Origin: Parcubacteria group bacterium Gr01-1014_72
GTDB taxonomy: Bacteria; Patescibacteriota; Minisyncoccia; Phycocordibacterales; VMFH01
Assembly (NCBI GenBank): GCA_007375925.1
Contig: VMFH01000001.1
Span: forward strand, 1-28,636
Length of the DNA: 28,636 nt
Reading direction: 5' to 3'
The notes under the pieces were generated by a model. That model did no database searches. It saw nothing but the letters and a program-made list of their open reading frames with translations, and had not been told where the DNA came from. The position numbers and the translations under genes were made by a program. Shown here in pieces: positions 7,001 through 14,550 of the stretch. Within the stretch, counting starts at the first letter, position 1, and each line of letters opens with the position of its first letter.

Positions 7001-9376
7001 TTATGGATTGGGTGTTTCTTGATTCCCGTCGGTATTTCCCGAGTTTGCGGCGCTTGGTGGCGGTGCTTCTTCAAATGAAACCTGATGGCTTCCGAGAGGA
7101 GCCGTTTCGCCAGGTTTTACGACTTCAAAAACAAGGTAAAATTTGCTCTGCCCATCCTGCAATCGCGAGGATTTCCCCGTGTAAGTGATTGTTACAGGGG
7201 TTCCTTTTGTAAGAAGAAGTGGTTCTACAACAAAAGCGTTTATGCTTATTGTGTTCGGTAACGGTAAAGGAGCCGTTATAGCCGAGAGTGAAAGTGCTTT
7301 TTTGAGAATAACGCCGGTTGTACCCGGAATGACAATCTCACCCGTCTCCCGCGTTAGATTCCCACCTGTTATTGAGAATTCACTGAATACGCTTTCCGGA
7401 GAGCGACCGCCGTCAGAATCAGTTTTCTTCTCAAAAAGTCCGACCCGAATTGATGCATTCGCGATATCTTCATTCGGTGTAATGGTGAAGTTCCCTGAGA
7501 AGGTTCCATCGGTCGTGAGAGGTTCTTTTCTTACTGTCACGGGAGTTACCGCAATGTCGGGGCTGTTTGCGTCAGTCGTACCGAAAACCTGAACCTCCAC
7601 GAGTGCAAGATATGCAGTACCCGGGTTTGTTTTTTGGATCCGCACATAACGCCCGAGGCGGGGAGAGGGAAGTGAGATATCAACATAATTCCTGCTTCCA
7701 AAGGCGCTTGAGGATATCGTTGTTCCAAAGGTAATAGCGGGATTACTACCATTGCCGGTGCGCAGGCGGTTGAGTTCTTCCGCGTTTGACAATTTTGGAT
7801 CAGTAAAGTCTGTCGTAGTGACAAAGAGGTCCATGTCATAATTTGTGAATTGGTTTTTTGATTCTCGGTATATTCTGATGCGTTCAACTGGTTGAGGTGC
7901 TTCAGTTGGCTCGGCAAGGGTTACCTGCCAGTAAGGATGAGTTTCATTATTTGTCAGGGAATAGCCGTACGGCGCATCTTTGTTGTATGTTCCTATTGTC
8001 ATCCCGTCTACAGCGACATCCGAACCCGGGTAGTAGAAATAACCATCTGAGATGTAAGTGCTTGATTGCCCTGTCGGCTTTCCAAGTGCAAGATTTGTCG
8101 GTCCTTTCTGCTGTTCTCCGTTGGACTGTAGAGAACCAAGCTCCCCCGGCGCCGATTTCTCGGCCTCTTTCACAAGCCCATCAGCGAAGGTAGTGGTGGC
8201 GCGATCAGTAATGAGACTCCTGTCCGGGCTTCCCTCCTCCTCCCCTCGTAGTATGCAACGCGGGTCGGTTGTCCGCGCGGCTCCGCTACAAGTAGGAATT
8301 TGGCGGGCAGTGTTCACCGCTCCCTCCACCGTCGGCGAGTCGTAAAAAACGCTTTCATCAGCAAATTCCTCATCTCCGACGCCCGCGAGTCCCGCCGTGC
8401 CGTTTATGACCTGCACAATGAGCTGATTGACGAGCGCCGTGACGATTTCGTTGATCTCGTCCGCCATCTCAAGTTTTCGGAGGGATGAGCCGGTGTTTTC
8501 GTGGAACTTCTGCTCAATGAAGGAGCCGGGGGTCTGCACGTTGCCGTACTGAAGACACTCAGTTTTCACATCACCCGGAGACTCGTAGTCGCCGATCCTC
8601 TCTCTTGCTTGCGCTTGCGTTTCCCTATTCACGCAGGGTTTCCACGAGAGGAATCCCCTCCCCCAGTCAAGCTGCTTCACCTCTATGTTTTGGCGGCCGA
8701 TAATTCTAATCCCGAGCTCGCTCTGCGCCTCCAGGTAGGCGCCGTAAGGGTTGTTTCCGCCGTAGTTTGAAACGGCGAGCCACCCTCCCCACCCTCCTGC
8801 GCGGAAGTCTCCGCGGAGAAACCCTTGTGCCGATCCGGCCGCCCCCTTTACATTCGCAACAATGTCGTCAAGCGTGCAGCGGATTTTTTTCTCAAACCGA
8901 TTGCTCAAGTTGAGCGAGAGCGCGAGGCGCACATCAAGTCGGAAGGGGTCGCAGAGGAGGCCGAGCTCGGTGCCGTTAATAAACTCACCCGCCCCTTGGG
9001 AGGCGATATTGCGAAGAAATCTGGCGGGATTTGTGACGAAGGCGGGAGAGCCGTTGAAGCCCGAATTAATCCAGTTCACGACGCTGTTCGTGAGCTGGTC
9101 AATCATGGCCTGCGCCATCGTCGTTGCAAGGGGGTCCAGCACTCCTTCCTTGAGCTTCTGCCAGAGGTCCGTTCCGGTCTGGATTGTCTCCTCGGTGAGG
9201 GTTTTTCCAGCGATAATTTTACGGACGATGCCAACCTTCGTGTTTTTTAGGTCACCCACAGGGACTTCTGCTCCCTGTGCGTGTGCTTTGTGTGTCGATA
9301 CAACAAAAAAGAAGCTCGGCACAAGGAGTGATAGGACGAGCGCCGCCGCGAGCAAATTCTCGGGGGTTTTGTTCAT
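7001..9376 (-). CDS. Secreted T4SS-locus protein: conserved CPR N-terminal domain, F-type lectin (FTP/discoidin-like) domain and beta-rich C-terminus
   Basis: Signal peptide (KAHA-QG); N-terminal WINSGF.G.PAFV.NP...C.PF...C...GGW..W...NNPYG...WG.GFLS...TPG domain; NLALGKPTGQSS..AVDG..HPYWQVTL..GRYVRI..LALVEVQVFG at 7580-8101. GGAGG 9 nt before ATG 9376. Confidence 0.85.
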   Translation of the reverse strand: MNKTPENLLAAALVLSLLVPSFFFVVSTHKAHAQGAEVPVGDLKNTKVGIVRKIIAGKTLTEETIQTGTDLWQKLKEGVLDPLATTMAQAMIDQLTNSVVNWINSGFNGSPAFVTNPARFLRNIASQGAGEFINGTELGLLCDPFRLDVRLALSLNLSNRFEKKIRCTLDDIVANVKGAAGSAQGFLRGDFRAGGWGGWLAVSNYGGNNPYGAYLEAQSELGIRIIGRQNIEVKQLDWGRGFLSWKPCVNRETQAQARERIGDYESPGDVKTECLQYGNVQTPGSFIEQKFHENTGSSLRKLEMADEINEIVTALVNQLIVQVINGTAGLAGVGDEEFADESVFYDSPTVEGAVNTARQIPTCSGAARTTDPRCILRGEEEGSPDRSLITDRATTTFADGLVKEAEKSAPGELGSLQSNGEQQKGPTNLALGKPTGQSSTYISDGYFYYPGSDVAVDGMTIGTYNKDAPYGYSLTNNETHPYWQVTLAEPTEAPQPVERIRIYRESKNQFTNYDMDLFVTTTDFTDPKLSNAEELNRLRTGNGSNPAITFGTTISSSAFGSRNYVDISLPSPRLGRYVRIQKTNPGTAYLALVEVQVFGTTDANSPDIAVTPVTVRKEPLTTDGTFSGNFTITPNEDIANASIRVGLFEKKTDSDGGRSPESVFSEFSITGGNLTRETGEIVIPGTTGVILKKALSLSAITAPLPLPNTISINAFVVEPLLLTKGTPVTITYTGKSSRLQDGQSKFYLVFEVVKPGETAPLGSHQVSFEEAPPPSAANSGNTDGNQETPNP

Positions 9377-9391
9377 CTGTCGCACCCTCCA

Positions 9392-10357
9392 TTATATACT
9401 GCCCGCAATGACAGAACCACCCTCGTCCCTGTTGAAAAACACGCCGCTCTTTATGAAGTATGCATCCAGTTTTTTAAGCGCAGTGTGGAGTGATTCCGCG
9501 GCCCCTTGGTAGGCATTGATTGCCTCCGCCGCGCGCACCGGGTCCTCAAAGAGAAGGGACAGGGCCTCAATCACAGCCGTTACTCTGGAGAGTGAGGTGA
9601 GAAACTCAGCATGGAGCGTCTCGGCGCCTTGCGGCGCGGGTGTCTGTAGGGTAGCGGAGGTGATACTTTTGTAGCCATCCAGTATCGGTCCGAGGGCACG
9701 CAACCGCTCGGGGTCCTTTGTCCGAATTGCGCTCTCAAATATGGCGATTTCGTTCTCCACACCATCCGGGGAGTTCTCTACCAGCGCGACTCCGAGTGCG
9801 TTTCCGTAGTAGCGGATGGTCGCCGTATCTTTCTTGTCAGAAGTGATTACGTCTGCGCTCGTCTAGACACGGCCGAATGACGTTTTACCCGCACTCTGTA
9901 TTGCATCCTTGATTATACCCCCGCTTTCCTCGGCGCTTAGGGACACGCCGGCTTCTTTGAGGGAGAGGTAGCGGGCGAAGAACTCGCGGCTAACTCGTTC
10001 GGTGGTGCTGAGCTCCTCCGTTTCGCCGCTCTGCCCCTGCGCCGCAGCCTTTTCCGTAAACGCATCGTCGGGGCCCCTCCGCGCAGGATTCCGTCCCGTT
10101 CGCACTTCTTCTCCGTCCGCTGTGCCGTCGGCGTCGGTATCCGCCTCGCGCGGGTTCGTCTGCCATAATGATTCCTCCCAGTCCTTAAGGCCGTCGCCGT
10201 CCGTATCGGCATCAAGCGCCACCGCGCTCCCGCTTCTGCCAAATGCACCGGTGCGGTACTCGGTCGGCGCATTTTTGTACTCAAGAATGAGGAAAATTCC
10301 CCCAACGAGCGTGATGGTGATGACGACGGCGGTGAAGAAAGAGCGGGGTACTATCAT
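9392..10357 (-). pseudogene. TSP3-repeat membrane-anchored protein split by one in-frame TAG (9863-9865)
   Basis: ORFs 9863-10420 and 9392-9760 are in the same frame and joined by 34 open codons (FGRV*TSADVITSDKKDTATIRYYGNALG). The joined product aligns with the intact paralog 12183-13094. DTDGDGLKDWEE/DTDADGTADGEE Ca-binding motifs. Start placed at ATG 10357. Confidence 0.75.
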
Positions 10358-10449
10358 GAAAGTAGGAGAAGAAACCTCTGCACTACTGGAGTATACCATA
10401 CCCTGTCTCATTTTTTGCATTTTTCAACGGCGCAATCCACAGAAGCCGC

Positions 10450-10479
10450 TTGACTTTTTGCCGAATCTCGTCCCATAAT
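10450..10479 (+). promoter_or_regulatory. sigma70-type promoter
   Basis: TTGACT (10450-55), 18 nt spacer, CATAAT (10474-79) upstream of the plus-strand gene. Confidence 0.55.
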
Positions 10480-10618
10480 TCTCCTTAGAAGTTCAGTAAC
10501 AAAACAAAAACAACAAAGGGTTTCTAACCCTTTGTTCCGAGAGTGCTCGGACGAAATGAAAAGTTGGAACCTTTCATTTCGCTCTCCGCTCGTCGGAACC
10601 AACCAAAGGAGGCATGTC

Positions 10619-12043
10619 GTGAAGATTACTCTCATGTCGGTGTTTCTCGGGCTCGTACTGCCCCTCGGCGCGCCTCTCTTTGGTGCCCAAAGTACGCTCA
10701 AAGTCATTGTGGAATGGCTGGAACAGGAAGTTACCTGGTACCCAGCGGTGCCCTACTCGCGCGTTTATTTCCTCAAGGCGCGCATCATGGCGACGGAGGA
10801 TGTATACCTCCACTCGCTGGAAGTTTGGCCATGGGGGACGGTGAAGTACTCCTCCATTTTTACGCGGATCGTGCTTGCCAAAGAGGACCGCACCATGATC
10901 GGATACGATCTTGATGAGAGTGGCAGGTTCGTGCGAGACAGCAGTAACAAAGTGCTTCCACAGGAGACCGTCGCGCTCTTTACCCCCCTCAAACTTCTCG
11001 CGCGAACGCCCGTCACACTTCTCATTGGAGGTGAGATCGGGCCAATTGACGAGGAGTCAGGAAACCTCCTGACACTCAAGGCCTTCGGTCTTACGGTGAA
11101 GAAGGATGATAAATGGAACAGTCCTCCACTCAACCCCTCTGTTGTCACGGGTTTTCCCATGGCGGGACGGGTCTTTACGTTGCGGGCGACCAGAACGATT
11201 GGGAGTATCACCCTTGAGAACGACCCATCGTTTAAGAGCCATGAGGTGACGGATACCGGCAAGGAAGTCGTCCTCGGCCGTTTCAAGATGAAGGTTGGGC
11301 CCGAAAACGGGTTCGACGTGCGGAATGCCTACATGCGCTTCAACGCGAGTGTGGGATTTGCGCATGCGAAGGATGTCACAGACATTACTCTTGAGCTCGA
11401 AACACCATTCTCCTTGTACCGGTACAGCACACGCGGGTCCCTCAACTACGACGACTGGTATCAACAAAAAATCGCCTTTAATAGAGGCTCATGGACAGAC
11501 GCTGATTGTGAAGGGTGTCCGGTCTACCCATCGGTTGATGCGGGTGAGTGGTGCACGATAGAGCTTCGCGGTCGCCTCGGAAAGACATTCCGGAACGGTA
11601 GCACAATCTCTGTGGAGCCGGACGTGGTAAGGTGGTCGGGTTTTGACCCCTCGCTTCTCTATGTAGAGGAGTATGAGGTGATACCGACGCGCACTACCGA
11701 ACCGCCGACAGTTCTGACGGTCAATGTGCCGGGCATGAAAATGCCGGAGGTGAGGCTGATCCTGTCGAAAGTTCTCGACTCTGGCGGTCAGTCTGATCTG
11801 GACTACTTTCGGGCTTACTTAAAAATGGAAAGTGAGCCGTGGCGCTTCGCCATTCTGGAGTACTCCACAAATTTTGTTGACTGGCGAGAATTCCCCTCGC
11901 TATATAGACTGGATTCTGTCGCGACCGATGCGCAAGGGAAAGGGTCTATTGAGATTTTGGTGTACAAAGTGCACGCACCTCAACAGATCTTCTTCCGGAC
12001 AAAGAACTACTACCCCGGATATATACGCAGAAGTAATTGGTAA
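10619..12043 (+). CDS. Secreted/surface protein with beta-rich (Ig-like) regions and a C-terminal LEYSTN..DW...FFR domain
   Basis: AAGGAGG (10606-12) 6 nt before GTG 10619; hydrophobic signal VKITLMSVFLGLVLPLGAPLFGA; own promoter and terminator. Confidence 0.8.
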   Translation: MKITLMSVFLGLVLPLGAPLFGAQSTLKVIVEWLEQEVTWYPAVPYSRVYFLKARIMATEDVYLHSLEVWPWGTVKYSSIFTRIVLAKEDRTMIGYDLDESGRFVRDSSNKVLPQETVALFTPLKLLARTPVTLLIGGEIGPIDEESGNLLTLKAFGLTVKKDDKWNSPPLNPSVVTGFPMAGRVFTLRATRTIGSITLENDPSFKSHEVTDTGKEVVLGRFKMKVGPENGFDVRNAYMRFNASVGFAHAKDVTDITLELETPFSLYRYSTRGSLNYDDWYQQKIAFNRGSWTDADCEGCPVYPSVDAGEWCTIELRGRLGKTFRNGSTISVEPDVVRWSGFDPSLLYVEEYEVIPTRTTEPPTVLTVNVPGMKMPEVRLILSKVLDSGGQSDLDYFRAYLKMESEPWRFAILEYSTNFVDWREFPSLYRLDSVATDAQGKGSIEILVYKVHAPQQIFFRTKNYYPGYIRRSNW

Positions 12044-12072
12044 TGAAGGTTGTATGTGCGGGTACTCTCACG

Positions 12073-12147
12073 GGCCGTTCCGCTATCCGCCTCCGTCTCC
12101 GCCAGTTGGCGGATGACGGATGGCGGAGCGGAACGGCCTTTTTCTTT
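12073..12147 (+). terminator. Compound intrinsic terminator containing a tccgccagttggcgga core
   Basis: Outer stem ggccgttccgc/gcggaacggcc, nested tccgcc, tccgtc, tccgcc stems, followed by tttttcttt; lies between convergent genes. Confidence 0.85.
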
Positions 12148-12182
12148 GGCAGAGAGAGTTTTCGGGTGTGGGTGCGCAAACA

Positions 12183-13094
12183 TTACTGCAGGATATTGAA
12201 AATCGCTCCCGGCTCACCTTCGCTGAAATGAACACCCTGCAGCTTAAAAAATTTCGCGAGACGAAAATGTACCTCTACTGACGCAACGACCGCTTCGTTG
12301 TAACTCTGAAATGCCTCGGCCGGAATACTTCCCTTTTGTGCAAAACTGGCAAGTTCTGCTACTGCCGCTCCCTGCGCGACATATGCGTTCGCGAGTATGA
12401 TATGGAGCCCGCTCGTCATGGGGGGATATTCCGAGATATTTTTCAATGCAATACCAAGGGAGCTGTACTTGATCCCAACTTCGCCAAGTGCCGCGATGTT
12501 TTCCGCGTTCGGCGTTCTCAGAGCAGTCATGAATAGTTCCGCCTCACGAAACTCCTTCCCTTTGAGGTGCGCGAGGATTACGCTTCCAATCACATTTGCA
12601 TATTTGCGAGGCGCCAGCGTTTCCTCGCTCTCCTCTCGCGGCGGCGCTAACACCTCAATCTCCCCAGAGACTTCCTTCTCTGCTCTATTCTGTGTAGGTT
12701 CGGGTGCGGGGGGAGAAGCAGGAGGGAATAGTTTGAGCATTGATGGGAGGAAATCTTCTCTCGGAAACGGGGGGCGCAGTAAAGCGTCGGTACTACGATC
12801 CTTTGGCCCCTGCTTTTTCGGATCTCTTCCCAGACGCACCTCCTCGCCGTCATCGGTACCATCCTTATCGGTGTCCCGTTCTTTTGGATTGGTCCCGTGT
12901 AGCTCTTCTTCAAAATCAAACAGCAAATCGCCATCAGAGTCTTTTATAAACGTCGCCGCTTCCCTCTCTTCGGAGAATTGTTTTATCACTGTACTCTTTT
13001 CCGTTCCCACCGGAACATCGGCGCCACCTCGTGATAGGATGGTTGCGATAATGAGTACTACCGCGATGAGTGCAGTGACGAGAAACGACGGCAT
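12183..13094 (-). CDS. TSP3-repeat membrane-anchored protein (303 aa), paralog of 9392-10357
   Basis: N-terminal TM helix, DSDGDLLFDFEE and DTDKDGTDDGEEVRLGRDP motifs, helical C-terminal domain ending FFKLQGVHFSEGEPG. Confidence 0.85.
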   Translation of the reverse strand: MPSFLVTALIAVVLIIATILSRGGADVPVGTEKSTVIKQFSEEREAATFIKDSDGDLLFDFEEELHGTNPKERDTDKDGTDDGEEVRLGRDPKKQGPKDRSTDALLRPPFPREDFLPSMLKLFPPASPPAPEPTQNRAEKEVSGEIEVLAPPREESEETLAPRKYANVIGSVILAHLKGKEFREAELFMTALRTPNAENIAALGEVGIKYSSLGIALKNISEYPPMTSGLHIILANAYVAQGAAVAELASFAQKGSIPAEAFQSYNEAVVASVEVHFRLAKFFKLQGVHFSEGEPGAIFNILQ

Positions 13095-13142
13095 ACCGCA
13101 TCATGATAGCGCACATGCCGGCTATGGTATACTTCTTTTACG

Positions 13143-13496
13143 ATGAAATCGCGTGGACTCCCCTTTTTTGCGAGCGCCTTAATTTTTCCTCTTCTCCTCC
13201 TTTCAGTGCCAAGTAATGCGCACGCGATCATACCAATACCCTGTGCGATCGGTATCTGTATCGGCGGCCCGCCGATTAGCTCTGTTATACCATGTGTGAA
13301 CGGACTGTGGATTGACGGTATTTTTATGTATATCTATGGTACGAAAACGTTTCCAATAGCACCCCCGACGCACCCGGGCCAGTTTGTGCTCGGCTCGGCG
13401 GCGGGGTTCATGGTCTGCCTTCAGCCGTGCCCCATCGGTCTTTGCCCGATTGGCGGGGGATTTATCATACTTCCTTTGACAGGGGCAAGCGCATAA
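13143..13496 (+). CDS. Small secreted Cys-rich protein (117 aa)
   Basis: Signal peptide ending NAHA; six Cys in the mature part; extended -10 TGgTATACT (13125-33) 9 nt before the ATG. Confidence 0.75.
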   Translation: MKSRGLPFFASALIFPLLLLSVPSNAHAIIPIPCAIGICIGGPPISSVIPCVNGLWIDGIFMYIYGTKTFPIAPPTHPGQFVLGSAAGFMVCLQPCPIGLCPIGGGFIILPLTGASA

Positions 13497-13518
13497 CGTA
13501 ATCATTACCCCCCTATCG

Positions 13519-13550
13519 TCGTGTCAATTCGCCGCGGCGAATTGACACGA
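13519..13550. repeat. Perfect 32 bp palindrome (GTGTCAA...TTGACAC type)
   Basis: tcgtgtcaattcgccgcggcgaattgacacga equals its own reverse complement. Confidence 0.95.
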
Positions 13551-13560
13551 TTTTACGGCC

Positions 13561-13656
13561 TTATGGGGCCCTTCTACGCATCGCGCTTTTTGTCAGACAC
13601 TTCCACGCGTCGGGGGTAAGATTCTCCGCGCGCGCGGTTTCCAGCCCACACGTCAA
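13561..13656 (-). pseudogene. rsmA: Displaced 3' fragment of a second rsmA allele
   Basis: Translates LTCGLETARAENLTPDAWKCLTKSAMRRRAP*; aligns with the intact RsmA C-terminus HCGISTNARPENLTRAEWKCL (12 identities); shares tggaagtgtct and aatcttac at DNA level. Confidence 0.75.
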
Positions 13657-13700
13657 CCTGCCAGGTCGGCGTCTTGAAACGGCTCTATTGAGGCATATTT

Positions 13701-14486
13701 CTACTGCTCAATTTTTTTGTTTGCAGCAAGACACTTCCACTCTGCACGCGTAAGATTTTCAGGACGGGCGTTTGTGGATATCCCGCAATGCTCAAAAACT
13801 TCCAATGAGACTCCGAGAACACTTCGCAACAACTTCCTTTTTTTAGAAAAGCCTTTTTTTAGGAGTGCAAAAAATTTTTCTTCTTCAGCCACATCGGCGA
13901 AAAGATTACGAGAAATGTTTTCTATAGCGATAATTGCCGAATCAACTTTCGGTGGAGGCGAGAAACTTCCGGCTTTCACGGTATCAATGTAGTGGGGCAT
14001 TCCGTATGCCTTTACGCTTATGGAGAGAATACTCTCCTTTCCGTCCGCGGCGATGATGCGTTTCGCAACCTCCTTCTGAAGGAGGAGCACCATGCGTGAC
14101 GGCTGTTCCTGCGTGCTTAAAAATTTTTTGAGGAATGCGCCGGTGATGTAGTAAGGGAGATTTGCTACGAGCTTGTAGCTCATAGCTAGTAGCTGGTAGG
14201 CAAGAGGGTTAAAGAGAAGAATATCTTGTTGTATAAGAGTGAGTCGTCCGGAAGTGATTTCACTGAAGAATTTTTCCTGGAGGAGTGGGATGAGGCGCGC
14301 GTCCTTTTCAACGGCGACGACGCGCGCGCCTGCGCCAAGCAGGCGCGCGGTGAGAACCCCCTCCCCGGGTCCCACCTCAAGCACCGTTTCTCCGGGCGTA
14401 AGATGCGCCGCCGCAACTATTTTTCGTAGCGCCCCTTCCGAACGCAGAAAATGCTGCCCTAGCGATTTTTTCCTTAAAACTCTCAT
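13701..14486 (-). CDS. rsmA: 16S rRNA m6,2A dimethyltransferase RsmA/KsgA
   Basis: KKSLGQHFL, VLEVGPGEG, VANLPYYIT, QKEVAKRI, F.PPPKVDSA motifs. Confidence 0.97.
   Translation of the reverse strand: MRVLRKKSLGQHFLRSEGALRKIVAAAHLTPGETVLEVGPGEGVLTARLLGAGARVVAVEKDARLIPLLQEKFFSEITSGRLTLIQQDILLFNPLAYQLLAMSYKLVANLPYYITGAFLKKFLSTQEQPSRMVLLLQKEVAKRIIAADGKESILSISVKAYGMPHYIDTVKAGSFSPPPKVDSAIIAIENISRNLFADVAEEEKFFALLKKGFSKKRKLLRSVLGVSLEVFEHCGISTNARPENLTRAEWKCLAANKKIEQ
14172..14199. repeat. Four tandem heptamers (CTNNTAG) inside rsmA
   Basis: cttgtag ctcatag ctagtag ctggtag; encodes YQLLAMSYK just before VANLPY. Confidence 0.7.
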
Positions 14487-14513
14487 CAAATTTTATTCTT
14501 CCCAAATGTCCCA

Positions 14514-14543
14514 GGTGTCAATCCGCCGCGGCGGATTGACACC
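14514..14543. repeat. Perfect 30 bp palindrome (GTGTCAA...TTGACAC type)
   Basis: ggtgtcaatccgccgcggcggattgacacc; differs from the 13519 core by one compensatory T-A to C-G pair. Confidence 0.95.
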
Positions 14544-14550
14544 AGTAGTC

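Noticed and set aside
1-9376. Conjugative ICE or prophage
   Set aside because: No relaxase, integrase, att repeats or phage structural genes in the window; the locus is contiguous with housekeeping genes.
9863-9865. Genome-wide TAG reassignment
   Set aside because: TAG terminates rsmA, comM, NYN, prgI and the TraC-like gene at expected positions; TGA also acts as a stop (pcrA, M23 gene).
14490-14521. TTGACA in the 14514 palindrome as the rsmA -35 element
   Set aside because: Spacing to the nearest TAAAAT is 20 nt, outside the usual range.
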